From Fistulifera solaris (Eukaryota): 64,000 bases of DNA. Made by a program: the position numbers and the translations under genes. Positions 26,330-38,457 of this stretch are shown in pieces. Position 1 is the stretch's first letter; the number at the start of each line of letters is the position of its first letter. Below the pieces are notes generated by a model. That model worked only from the letters and a program-made list of their open reading frames with translations, had not been told where the DNA came from and did no database searches. The stretch is from contig AP026125.1 in the NCBI GenBank assembly GCA_030295235.1, positions 124,001 through 188,000 on the forward strand. The letters are read 5' to 3'.

Positions 26330-26465
26330 TTCAGGATTCCAAGGTGTCGAGTGATATTTGTGGTTATGTGTTGAGTGGTTTTACATGTTTATATGTCTGA
26401 GCGAGGCAAACAGGGATGGAGTTTGGTTTGAATTGGTTTGGATTTGGATTGGAGACCGTGTCTGC

Positions 26466-26479
26466 GAGAAGACGGGGAG
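26466..26479 (+). other. Polypurine tract of inner element
   Basis: GAGAAGACGGGGAG immediately 5' of the 3' LTR. Confidence 0.85.
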
Positions 26480-26993
26480 TGTCAAATTATATTTAGTTCT
26501 GGTCATGAGTATTCGGGACTCCTAGTGTGTGTGGAGTGTACTTACTGTCTTTGTGATAGTGAGTTTGTGTATCCGGTACTCATGGTATCTTTTGGGGTTC
26601 GCTTCCGCACACGTCATCGGAAGTTTGGCGCATGTGCAAGTTCTTCTCTTGACACGTCGCAGAGGTGTGCGTAGTGTGTGGTATAGTGTTCTACGTGACG
26701 TATAAGTTGGTACCAGAGCTAAGGAAGTTATGTTTAAGTCTACGACGGCATAGTACTGGTCAAGTGTCGACGTCGACAAGATTTGGTTCAAGATCACAAG
26801 ATCTTGACTTCATTTCCGCCCTCTTTTGCAGTCTCACATGAATAACAATAGTGAATTTGGTTTGCCTCGACTTTCCTTGTTCGGCTCTATTCTATTGCAT
26901 CCTGTCTCTTGAAGACAAGCTTTCTTTCAGTCTCGCTTACTGTTTTGAAGATTCGTTTCGGGTGAGCTATCTGTGCGCTCCCGGAATTTGTCA
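26480..26993 (+). repeat. 3' LTR of inner element (514 bp)
   Basis: Matches the 5' LTR by eye except one extra G near 26884. Confidence 0.97.
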
Positions 26994-29900
26994 CATAGAA
27001 ACCGAAGTCGGCGTATTCTGTGATGTCGGGAGTGATTCCGGTGACACACTCAAGTGGCGGCCATTTGAGTATCTTGAGGAGTTCGTGGTGCGGTTTCCTA
27101 TTTCCGACACCCACTTCAATCCGAGCGACCACAGCCTGTTTGGAACATTCCTGCGATGCATTGCACGATACCATTTCATTTTGAGCTGTCGTATGCCGCC
27201 TTCAGCAGGGTTCTGGTTTGGGCGATCCTTTTCAGACGTGTGCGTGATGATGTCGTATTTTCGTATTCTTCGTTGAAATTCGGTCTTTGGTCCTGTTTGA
27301 TTTGCAGCACCGTCATAAGTCAAATGGTCGGGTGCGCCGTGTTCATTAGCAAAGTTGCGCAGTGTCTCACCCACCGCATCACCAGTTAGTGATTCAATGG
27401 GGTAGACTGCGGAGAATCCATTCTTGTGCGTGTAGGCTTGTGCGTATTTCTTTCCGTCAATGGACTTTATATCGCCATACATGGTGTCAGTGGCAAAGCG
27501 TCCTTGGAGTCGCCTGAGATTGTATTGACGGTCCGCACGGTAGCGACGACCGGCTGGCATTATTAGCGGATCGAGTTCCTCTTTGCCTGGTTGCTCGTAG
27601 AAGTTGCCCGTGCCTGTTCCAGTCCGATTGACCATTGGTCGGATAAGTTCTCTGCTGTGATAGCTAGATGTCGTTCGGCTTGAAATAAAGGTGCGCCCTG
27701 GCTGGTACGTCTTCAAAACCGAGAATGGGCTCTGGTGCTGGGCCCAGTCGATTGCTTAAAGTGCCAGTCCCCTCAATCCCTGTATCTGTCCCCTCAGGCC
27801 TTGTTGCAAGTTCGTGATAAGCGGAAGAGATCCTGACACGAGAAGTTGCTAGTTCCCGAAGTTGAACAAGGGCTGGATCGACGTTGTGAAGGAGTGAATC
27901 ACTTGTGAAAGGGTGAATGAAGGGTTCAGGCGTGGCCGCTGGTTCAATGGAGGTCAAATCAACAGCACCCAACGTGACTTGCTTTGGGTTCCATTCGTTG
28001 AAGTTGGTCATATGGAGCTGACGACAGTGTTGAAGTTCATATTCAGTTGGAGCACGCGTGATAAACTGGCCTTTTGTGCCGAATGTGTGAAGCGGAATCA
28101 CAACGTCCTCTACTCGTATTGACATGCGTGTTTCAGAAGTGTCGTACGGATTGTCATTTACTTCCACACCGTTGTGGCGCAGCTGGTTTGGATTCCAGAG
28201 CGTGTCGCGGGAAGTGGCGTGCCGTAGTAAAGTGTTTCATTGAAGACAAGGATGAAAGTTTGGTCTGTTTCGGGATTCGTCCATGCCGTGGCAGCCGAGA
28301 CAATTAGTACGTCTTTGATCGGCTGATAGGAGCTATCGTACGGGTAAACATCGGCAAAGCGTGACGTGTACTGCATAACGACAAAGTTGGTCCCGGCGCA
28401 GCAAGTGTCCGCGTTTGAATCGCATTCATTTGCAGCAGCAACTCCCGGCTGTGGTGGAACGCCCGACTTGCATTGATTTCATATCTAACTGGTGCGACGT
28501 GTACACAGAATGGAAATGTGCTATGTTTCGATTGCCTCGCCTGTTTGCTTCTTCGTTCACGTCCGGCCAAAAGGTGTGCCTCCTGGCGTTTGCGTGTTGG
28601 CCTGGCTTAGCTGCATGGTGATGGCTGATGCAATTGTATTAGCATCAGTACCATCTGGAATTGAGAGAGTGAGCTGGTTGATACTGCGACCAAACTGGCC
28701 ATTGTTGTTACCGTTTGCTCGCTGGTTTCGATACTCCGCTCGCTTGTTGTAGATGTTTTGCCTGTCGTTGCGGGTGCATGAGCGACATCTCCTCATCAGT
28801 GAAACTGTAAGAGGGGTGTCGTCGATGACCTTCCGTTCGTGAGTGTCAGTTTGTAGTTGTCGGGATGAGCGCGTGGTTTGTTGTAACGGTGTGCACCGCG
28901 CCCACCGCGTCCTCCGCGCCCTCGTCCACCGTGCGTGAAGGGCTGGCCTCGGCCACCGTTTCCACGGCCGCCTCTGCCGCCACGTCCCCCATTTCCTGCG
29001 TTCTTATGCTGCTGGCGTGTGGAATTTGTATTTCCCACGTTGCGTCCTTTGCCTGTTACGTCCTTGTTTTCTGTGACGATGATGTTCGCATGTCAGCAAG
29101 TACGGCCTCAAAGGTCATATCGCCATAGTTGGGCTTGCCGAGGTCTCGCTGAACGGAAATCGCTACGTCGCGCAACTGGCTGCATGGTTTGATCATTTTC
29201 AACAGCTTCTTGATCTTTTCGATGTCGTCATACACAACAGTTCCTTCCCGAGCATTCTTGTTCTTGTCGTGGAATGCTTTTACGAGCCTGCTTTCGAAGG
29301 TGGTCCAAGGGAGGCGCCCATCCTTTTCACCATGGTACATCATGGTGTCAAGAGTGGTTTCGGCATTGACGATTTCGATTTTGAATGCACCTACAGCCGA
29401 ACAAAGCTTTCAGTGCGAACCAATCGGTACGGCCGCATAGCTTGGACTTAAACTGTTGCGTGGCACCTTCAGCACGAGTATTTCCTGCAATAAGGGCAAG
29501 GAGATACGTGTGCACCTCCATGGAGTCGGACTCAAATGCAGGACCGGCGAGTGCTGCAGCGGCGATGTAGCGGTTTTGGGCAGTGATGCGTTCATCGGGA
29601 TCGAACTCGGGGTCTTCCCTCGTCGCGAATAACGTAGACAAGTGGATGCCCAAGGCGTCCAGGGAGCTGGCGAAGGTAGTTTGTAAACTGGGCTGCAAAG
29701 TCTGGCCAAGACTGGTTGTTACGGAACTTATCCGGCTTTGCAATTGTCGCTAAAGTTTTGGAGCGCGTGACGAATGCTTCATGGTCTGCCTGTTCGTACG
29801 TGAGAAATAGTGCCTGATTCGTTGGAAAGACGTAAGTCTCCGGGGTTTGAAGGCAGCGGAAGCACTGCTTCACCCACTCGATGAATGCCTGGAGTTTGGT

Positions 29901-30922
29901 TCGGACCGCAGGGGCCACCACGATCGGTGGCACCATCTTGCTGATCGTCTTAATATCCTGGTCAAGATCCTGCGTTGTCATGTTGAACGCACGTTCGTAA
30001 CTGTTCATAAAGACGTCCGTTCGCGATGCGTTGGGCAGTCGAAAGACCGCCGCCTTCGGGTGCATCGTCACTGATGCCGCGAGAGGACCATGCAGAGGTG
30101 AACCGTCTGCGGCTGATCGTGAGGTGCGAGAAGTTGAAAGCTTTCGAAGCTCATTGCGTGGCCTGGCCTGATTGTAATATTAAGGGTTTAAAGCCCGTAT
30201 GCGTGAGATAATTTTTTCATTTGCTTTTGCATTTTGCATGGCATGATTTACACTTTTCATTTGTGTTTTCCTGGCCTGGCCTGGCGTGGTCGTTTCTTTT
30301 ATGCAACATGATGGTGTGCACGCATACACCTGTCAATTGGCTCGATGGCACAATGATTGACCAATACTTTGGAGGCGCAACAAACATACCGCCTAGAATC
30401 CCGTTTGACAGCTGGCAGAATTACTTTCGGGCTTTTGTAGTAGCAGCACAACCGATCCATCTCTGAGTGCAAAATGAGAAGATGATATCTCAGGCATACC
30501 TTGCTGGATTCCGATACGTCATCGAGCGATCCGTGGAGACAAAAATCAACATTGCTCTGGGTGTGGTCAACTTTGTTATTGTTCTTGTGGCTGCAATTGC
30601 CTCTCGTTGTTGCTATACGTGGTTTTAATACCGAATAGAGGCTATAAAGGAGGAAATAGAGTCAAATCAACATGCGAGGGTGGAGACATTACCGAGGGTG
30701 TACCGGTGTGCTGGACGAGTTAAGGAACAAAATCGATTCAATGAACTTAGAAAATGTGACAAACTCTACCGCGTACCCTAGTTCGTGATATATTTTAGGT
30801 TTTAGATTTTATGGCATGAGCCTCGCCTGCCTTACCCTCTCATCCTTGTTGTTCTCGCTAGAATGTTCAGTTGAGTTGAGTCCACAACCTGTAAAGCTCC
30901 TCAAACACAGCCATCACGAACT

Positions 30923-31522
30923 TCAATGGAGTGCTGCCCTTCTCGCAATGAATGCAAGAGACGCAAGAAAATCCATGAGTTCGACAATGTTTCCGGGGTT
31001 TGCTTGTCGGAGTTGATCAAAGAAATGCTCCCTATCGCCAATAGTCGCGGCGTCAACGTCCATAAGAGCACTGAAAGCAAGGTCTGTCATCTCTAGATTG
31101 CCTTCCGGTCTCGTTGATGCACCAATGAGCGATGCTCTGAACGCGCAAATCCCAATTAGGATTGCGTTACGCGTCGGCATCTCATTTCTTGCAGCAAAAT
31201 GGTTCAAGATATTTTGGATGAGCACTGTTTGGTCATTGTCGTAGAGGTTGCCGATGTTGTTGCTATTTAGCAGCACACGGATCGTGTTGCGCATTTCGTC
31301 GATTATGGCTGCGTCGACATGGGGCGAACCATTTGTAAGGTCATACCTTGCTAAATGCCAGCCCAGTGTGAGACCAAATCCATTTTGCTCCATAGCTTGT
31401 CCTTTCAATAAATTGTTTTGAATAATACCCTCAGCAACCTTCGTATTTGGGCTTTTGTGTTCAACAAACACGACTTTTGGTGTGAAATGTAGGGGGGGCG
31501 CTTTATTCGCGAAAGAGATCAT
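30923..31522 (-). CDS. Hypothetical 199-aa protein
   Basis: Intact ATG-initiated ORF with globular, helical-looking composition; no motif recognised. Confidence 0.5.
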   Translation of the reverse strand: MISFANKAPPLHFTPKVVFVEHKSPNTKVAEGIIQNNLLKGQAMEQNGFGLTLGWHLARYDLTNGSPHVDAAIIDEMRNTIRVLLNSNNIGNLYDNDQTVLIQNILNHFAARNEMPTRNAILIGICAFRASLIGASTRPEGNLEMTDLAFSALMDVDAATIGDREHFFDQLRQANPGNIVELMDFLASLAFIARRAALH

Positions 31523-32032
31523 GTCATGTTTTGTGTTCAGTGTTCAACGAATAAACTTGCGTGACATGACGGACCAATCGTGCTTTTACCAGTACTAGTC
31601 TATGAGTACTTTACTATCTGTACTCTTTATTCTACTCAGGATGTCTGAGTTGTCGAATGGATATACCTTAATATACCAGTACCTTTGCTAAACTTCTGAA
31701 GATTTTCTGGGAAGTTTTGTGCCACGCACGCAAGTTCTTCTCTTGCCCACACGTCTGACTTGACTCACAAGGAGACGAGCGATGAGAGGAGTACTTGTAA
31801 TTACAAGTTTCCCTCGTCGTTAGGGCTTTACTTACGATGAGAAAGATATAAACGTAAAGATGTAAAAAGGATCGTAAGGTCGTAAAAACGTCTTAGAGAA
31901 ATTGTGCGTTAAAGGCTAGCAGCAAGGTGTTGAAGAGGAAACCCCGAAGGGACAAAAACCTCTCGGACGTGGCGAGGAAGCCATGTCGCACTGTGACGAA
32001 CATGACCGTATAGACCGCATATTTTACTTGAT

Positions 32033-32358
32033 TAGACATGTGACTTTTCAAAATTTTCGTGAAAGTGAAGTGAAAGTGAAGTGAAAGTAAAGTCAGTGGC
32101 CTTCAAGTGAAGTTTGCAGTGAACAGTGAACTAAGCGGTAATGAATTACTATCGTATTTTGTGTGAGAAACTGTGTCGCACTGAGCTTATGAAAGTTAGC
32201 CCTTTCCCTCTTATCCCTAATCGACGCTGTCCTACGTACATTTATGTAGGTTGGGTACTTCAAGTGAACTCACCGAAGTCTCAAGTAAAGTGAAAGTAAA
32301 GTAAACTTCAGGTGCTCAAGTGAAGTTGCAAGTTACAGTGAAAAAAGCCACATGTCTA
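32033..32358. mobile_element. Putative MITE (hAT-like termini)
   Basis: Terminal inverted repeats TAGACATGTG(A/G)CTTTT at 32033 and ending 32358; AAGTGA/AAGTAA subterminal repeats at both ends; non-coding; TSD imperfect. Confidence 0.7.
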
Positions 32359-32837
32359 CTTGTAATAGTGTAGTGGATATCGATGTACAGTACTGGTAAT
32401 GAAGATGGAATCGAATAGAATGAGATCCGTTCGCATAATATGAGAACCGTTCGGATAATGAAGGTACCTGGTACCGGTACCGACAATGACAGACCGCAAG
32501 GTCACTCCCAGGCAGGAAGAATGTTATAGGACTCTCTTGGGGATAGTGACAGTGTCGTAGGACGCGCTTGGTGTATTTTCGAGTGCCGTCTACCGAAGAA
32601 ACTACTTATTTCATACGCGCATTGTTTCTTCTCATGCACGTTTTTACCTAAAGGATATCTAAAAATTGACGTGTCGAAGGATTAAAGATTTAAAGCACGG
32701 TGGACATGATTCATTCTGTCATTTGCACCGCGACCGCACCTCGTCGTTTGCGTCGATCTTTTGTTATTTACTCTCAATCCGATTTACTTTATTTAGCTAT
32801 TTGAAGCAATCTCTTCTACTGCTTCTTATTCTTACAA

Positions 32838-33738
32838 ATGCCCGGCTATTCGATCTCCCAAGTTCGCGAAATCGCCAAACAGCATCATAACAAAGAAATT
32901 AGCTTCAATGAAACCAGTCGGCTGATTTCCTTTCACAAAGACAGCGTCCGCGTCAATGTGTTTTATACAACTGGAACTGTCGGAACAAGCCTGAATCATC
33001 TTTTCACACGCAAAACTCAACTGTTTCGCCGCAATGTGACGCTGCCCGAACTCAATAACAATTGATTGTTTCACAATCCCCCGGAAACACACGGGCCAAG
33101 GCTATATTACCGCAAACAAACGTCGGACAGGCCTGGAAATGCGGTGCCACGGTCGTAACAGACATGGCACGTCGTTGGGAAGTATGTTGCCAATACGTCG
33201 GGTCTCTTGTTGGCCTCGAAAGATCCGTCGAGCACCATCCGTGAATTACAACAATTTCATGGACCACGTGTCGAAACGATTGTTCGGTGCACAAAGTATG
33301 ACGCCCCGGCGTGTCACTGTTCCCGGTGATGCTCGACATTTTGGTTTATTGTTACTTTTGAAACAAGCCGTGGCCGATGGTGCTGTGGGGATGGTCACTC
33401 AGGATGAATATACGACAATGAATTGTTCCGAGTGGTCGTTGCAGACTCCCGCAGATTTGGATTTTACCATTAACGGTATTCCGACGCCCGATGGTTTGCA
33501 ATTGTACGACTTGTGATAGACATTGCAAACGAATATTCCCAAACCCTTGCGGTTGGAACTGTGTCACTGGTGTTTGGGATTATTGGGCCGTGTTTTGGTC
33601 ATGGAACATCATCATCAATACTTTCAAGTCTTTCCTACAGCGGAAGCTGTCAAACTGGCACATGCGGAGTATTCCAAGTCGTTTTATTCGAAACGACAGT
33701 TGAAGTATTTGCATAAGACGTACGGTATTGTTTTGTAG
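32838..33738 (+). pseudogene. Frameshifted paralogue of the downstream YTTGTV-domain gene
   Basis: QVREIA...VNVFYTTGTVGTSLNH...KTQLFRRNV, then TDMARRWE in another frame; several frameshifts. Could be assembly error rather than decay. Confidence 0.55.
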
Positions 33739-34099
33739 AGGAAGAAATTTGTTCGTCGTAGCATTATAGAAGTGAGATCATTACAAGCTGCGAGTCAAAA
33801 GTCAGATAATAGTCGGGCATGAGATTAATAAAATAGATGGAAGTGAAATCAACAAATAGCTTTGGAAAGATTACGATGGGTATCACTTTAGTATAGGATA
33901 AGATGATAACACTGAGCGTTACGTTTCCGACTCGCGTCATGCCGCCATTCACGAATATGACGCGACCAGTGGTCGAAGAGCAGACGAGCGCGCCATTCCG
34001 CGCTTTTCGACGAGCTTCTGGCGTCCGATATTTCGATCGCATCTACATGGACTTTCTTCTTGCAGAGGACTTGCTTTCTTCCTCTAACCTTTAATAATC

Positions 34100-35067
34100 A
34101 TGTATGAGAAGACAAAGGCAGAAGATTGGGTCTTTACACCCGATCAAGTTCGTGAAATTGCGGCACAACATAATTATCGCGAAATTTGTCTCAATTTAAC
34201 CAGTCGCGTCATTTCCTTTCGTCAACAAACAACTCGGATCAATGTCTATTATACGACCGGTACGGTGAGTACCTGTTTGAATCATCCCGTCCAGGGCAAG
34301 ACACAACTCTTTCGTCGCAATATTGTGACAACGGAATTACTCGATGCTCTTTTAAGAATCCCCGGAAACATACGGGAGAAGGCTATTATTATACCCGCAA
34401 ACAGGCGTCACAGGAATGGAAATGGATCAGCCGAAATAAAGGGAAGAAGAAGAAACCCAACATGACTGATATGGCACGACGGTGGGAATATGTCGCGACG
34501 GCGGCAAATCTCGTAGAAGACGACCAACAGTTGCTTCGTTTGACCAACACCATGAATCAAATTTCTCATCTCTTTTGGGATGCTGGTACTCTTCCCAGTT
34601 TGGAAGAATTGAATTACGCGTGTGGTTCCTTGACGGGTGTCGCTCTTATGGTGCAAAATGTAGCTCGAGGTTACGGTGCCGTGGGTCTTTGTCACTTGAA
34701 ACAAGTTCGAAATTATATTACACAAAACGATGGACGTCCTCCGCAATTTATTGAATTCGAATGTTTGAACGATTGTGAAAATGTACCGCCCTTTATGGAG
34801 GCACATTCTCGTACGTTGCACGAAATTGAACGTTCGTTAAAGTCTCTTCCTTTGAACTTGCGAAGAGAGGTATGTCAATGGCTGTTGGGTTTGAAAAAAT
34901 GCGGTACGGTACTCGTGGATGAAAATTATCAGTATCATCTCAGCGAACAAGTGGTAGAGATGCACGAAGAGTATTCGCAATTGTACTATGCCAAGAAACA
35001 TTTGGCGAAAGTATGTCCAGTTCATGGTGTGGTCATGTTTGAGAAAGAAGACCACGATTCCGAATGA
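34100..35067 (+). CDS. Uncharacterised protein with N-terminal INVYYTTGTV...GKTQLFRR...NPRKHTGEGY domain
   Basis: Two ORFs joined by one frameshift near 34352; clear homology to 32838-33738. Confidence 0.7.
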
Positions 35068-35159
35068 AAACGCGAAACGGCGAGAATGAACAAAACGATA
35101 TAACAAAATGGTCTTTCTATTAACTCGTGGTCAAGCGTTTCGTCACGCGACCCTGGTAC

Positions 35160-36948
35160 TTACGTGCTACGATCTTCAACATGTTGTTTTAGAGCTTGCA
35201 GAATCTTTTTGACTCCAGACGTGATACCGACTTGTTGCATATCACCGGCAGTCATCCACTGCATCGCACGTCCATCTGGTGTGCTCGCTGCTTCATCCAT
35301 GGCGTCGTCAACTTGTCCGGTTTGTAACCACAGAATGTGCTTCACATGACTAAAGACATGCTCCAACGACGAAACTCCTACCGTTTGTACGGAGGATACC
35401 GTACCCACCGACAACTCTATCAGTAACTTCTTCCAGGCTGCTCGTTTTTTCGTCAACGGAATTGTCGGTGGTTCTGGATCGACGGCCTTTTTCAGTGTTT
35501 TGAACTTTTTATCGACCTTCGTATCGGCACTGTCCCAAAGACAAATACAGGGAAATTCCCATTGCCCCGCCAACAATCCCGTTGGTGGACGTTGTACCAA
35601 CAGCCATCTCTTTTCTTTACCAGCGCTATGACTCAAGGCGGCAACTTGCCACACTTGAACGCGTTTGGCAGATTGCGGTGGCGCCATGGGCAAATATTGA
35701 TGTCCATAGACACGTAGATTGGGTATTATAGCACATTCGCGCCATTGTTGAATCACTTGTTCCACGCCGTCCTCCGCGCACAGTGGACACGATGCAGCTG
35801 TGGTTGGAGCCATCGTAGACGATACTAGAATAGGAGATAGATCATTCGACACGATGGCCGGTTCCACCAATCGTGTCGAATAATAAAATTCTTTGAGAGG
35901 ATCTCCCTCCTCCAATCCCGTCCCCGCAGGAGCACAATACGTGGCTCCCAATTCCATCAGCGCTTGATTGATATTCCCCGGTTCGTCGGTATGTTCCACG
36001 AGAGGCTGCAACAACGTCCAGGCGTATTGATCTTTGAATACAGGTGCTTTCACATGTTGTGCGACACCCCGCAATCGCGAGAATACGCGACACACATTGC
36101 CATCGACGACCGGTACAGCGACTTGAAAACAGATGGAACATATCGCACTGGCGGTATACCGTCCCACACCGGGCAATTGTTGCCACGCCGCAACGGTGGT
36201 GGGCCACTGGACGGTGCCATCTTTTGTTGTGTAATGCGTGACGACGTGTTGTGCCCCCGCATGCAACATTCGTGCGCGGCGATAAAATCCCAATCCAGCC
36301 CAATGGGCATTGACTTGTTCTGGTGTCGCGGTGGCTAATGCTTGGACCGTAGAAAAGGATTGCATCCATTTGACCCAATAAGGAATCACCGCTTCCACCC
36401 GTGTTTGTTGTAACATGATTTCACTGACCCATACACCGTAGGGGTGTCACGGGGAAGGTCGGTAAAGAAGTGTCGTCGTTTCCAGTCATGTCGTCGGGGT
36501 TCTTGAAAAAGCTTTTGAGGGAGGTTTGTTTTTGTTTCTTGTTCCCACAGTTCCCAAAATTGGAAGTACTACCATTCCAGGGCGGCGGATCGCCCCGCCA
36601 TGGCAATTTTCGACGATGGGCATGATACCACGTTAACAGTTGGTGTTGGATGCGTTGGATTTCGGAAGGATCCGTAAAGGCATGAAATTGTAATGAATCA
36701 TGTGCCCGCCATGCTTGAAACAGTTCCGTGCCATTCGTTTTGTGCGAAGGAATTGAGGAAGAAGATAATGAGACAGCTTTGGTCGGCAGAACATCATCGG
36801 CCGATGCTGATGAGCCTTTCACAAACGATGAGGACAATAAGACGGCCTGAACCGTTCGTTTTCGAGACGACGGCGGCATCTTCGACAGAAAAGAACAAAC
36901 AAAGGAAATATTGACAAGAAACGAGACTATAATTTGCGTCCAGAGCAT
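35160..36948 (-). CDS. MUTYH: A/G-specific adenine DNA glycosylase (MutY/MUTYH)
   Basis: RRKLPWR, VWVSEIMLQQTRV, WAGLGFYRRA, HhH LPGVGRYTA, VVDGNVCRV, NQALMELGA, NUDIX-like GLLAGQWEFP and HVFSH. Frameshift near 36440; start at 36948 or 36879. Confidence 0.95.
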
Positions 36949-37272
36949 TCTATGATTGCAATATTGAGGCTCATCTGGCGAAAAAAAAGAGGGATCGATC
37001 GCGAAATAAATACCAGTAACCTTACTACTGTAGACCTGGTACGGAGTATAATCATCGCGTTGATTAGTAGTCGTCCCAAGAACGGACAAAGGACAAACGT
37101 ATCGTTTACGTGAATCGTTTCAGTCACGATTTAAAGAAAACTGCTTAAGAGTATACAGTAACGAGACGCCTTATAAAGATTTATAAGTATCTCCGGTCAG
37201 AACACTTCTTGGTAAACAAGTGGTATCCCTTTCGTTACTTCCTGTGGAGTATTCACTACATTTTCGAACGAG

Positions 37273-38457
37273 TTAGAGCAACTCGAGCGCTGCGACGAGA
37301 CCCAAAGGAATCATCACCATTCTCATCGTCCACTTATCAGGGCTACTACTGCTCTCGCCCGGTATTCCTTGATTTGGTGTCACTTTGACAGTCATGCGAC
37401 CCTCTATGGCCGGATCGTTCTTTGTGTGCACAAACATGTAAAAAACATCCGTTTCCTTGTAGGGGAGCGGCATAGAAACACGGCAAAGTTCGTCTTGATC
37501 GTTTGGGTCGTCGTCGCCATAACGTCGTGTCATGTAATTCACCAAATACTGACAATCTGTACCATAATAAAAGGAAATATACAAGTTCTCATTGTTTCGA
37601 AGACAAGCATCGACGCCCCACGAAGTATAGTTCGCACTGTTCAAAATCATTCCTTCTTGTGGGATTCTATACCACACGCCTTTCCATTGATTGGTCCACA
37701 AACTGGAAATTGCGGTTGCTGATTCGGAAGTACCCGTGCAATTGATCTCCCCACAATCGGGTGGTACAACATCGGTATGGACGTTTGCAAAATCATCTGT
37801 CGTGATGGTCTGCGTTTGTACTTTTAAATGTATGGCATTCGAGCAGACGTCGTTCGGTACGACGAAATCCGTTACCATCGTCGTGGCTTGCAGACCTGAC
37901 AGCTCGGATGCCATGGTAACTTCCACATAAACAAAATACAATTGATCCTTCGTGGCGGAGAAACTCACAGTGCCGTAACTGGTAGCATTTGGACAAATAG
38001 AACCTTCCGAACGAATCATCGCTTCCGAAGTAGCGGGATGATTCATTCCCTCCGCGACACAATACAAATCTTCGCACGTGGTATTTCCCACGAGAGCCGT
38101 GTACACCATTGGTACCAAGACAGCGGTCGAATGCGTACAAAAGGCAACATTGATTTGTCCTCGTGATTCCGGACGTACCGGAAACCAAAAACCGCGTCCG
38201 GACGATTCAATCGCTCCACAGGCCGGACCCACCGGCTGGTTGACCGGGACCTGCAGCATTCCGTCCATGATACCAGTACTGATTTCTCCCGGTGTTCCAC
38301 CGAGTAAGTAAACAAAGTTTTGATTCGCGTAGGCGTTTTGGTTGTCGCAGGTCAAGGCGGGCTCAAAATCGAAATTGTCATCGCCTCGGGCCTGCCAAGC
38401 AGGACTTGTGGAAACGAGACAAGCGATCCATCCAAAAAGGTGTGAGTGTTTCTTCAT
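37273..38457 (-). CDS. Secreted/GPI-like Cys-rich surface protein (family copy A)
   Basis: Signal peptide; CG...GRGFWF, LYCVA, PNDVCSNA, KGVWY motifs; Ser-rich spacer followed by a hydrophobic C-terminus. Confidence 0.8.
   Translation of the reverse strand: MKKHSHLFGWIACLVSTSPAWQARGDDNFDFEPALTCDNQNAYANQNFVYLLGGTPGEISTGIMDGMLQVPVNQPVGPACGAIESSGRGFWFPVRPESRGQINVAFCTHSTAVLVPMVYTALVGNTTCEDLYCVAEGMNHPATSEAMIRSEGSICPNATSYGTVSFSATKDQLYFVYVEVTMASELSGLQATTMVTDFVVPNDVCSNAIHLKVQTQTITTDDFANVHTDVVPPDCGEINCTGTSESATAISSLWTNQWKGVWYRIPQEGMILNSANYTSWGVDACLRNNENLYISFYYGTDCQYLVNYMTRRYGDDDPNDQDELCRVSMPLPYKETDVFYMFVHTKNDPAIEGRMTVKVTPNQGIPGESSSSPDKWTMRMVMIPLGLVAALELL

Larger units (their letters stand above)
20050..26993 (+). 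mobile_element. Inner full-length CoDi-like Ty1/copia LTR retrotransposon (6944 bp)
   Basis: Two TG...CA LTRs, 5-bp TSD CATAG at 20045-20049 and 26994-26998, and gag-PR-IN-RT-RH domain order. Confidence 0.97.
18826..30154 (-). mobile_element. Outer CoDi-like Ty1/copia retrotransposon, degenerate, RT deleted, interrupted by a nested element
   Basis: gag from ATG 30154; protease-like DSNADT at ~28410; integrase (FATDTMY, LTYDGA, NQNPAEG) split at 26994/20049; RNase H (TRQSHTG...DNLADAF) ~19310-18930; purine-rich GAGGGGACCAAGTAA at 18840-18826. No matching LTR pair found, so the ends are approximate. Confidence 0.85.

Noticed and set aside
20092..26797. Identical 91-aa minus ORFs at 20092-20367 and 26522-26797
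   Set aside because: They lie within the two LTRs; identity reflects LTR duplication and there is no coding evidence.
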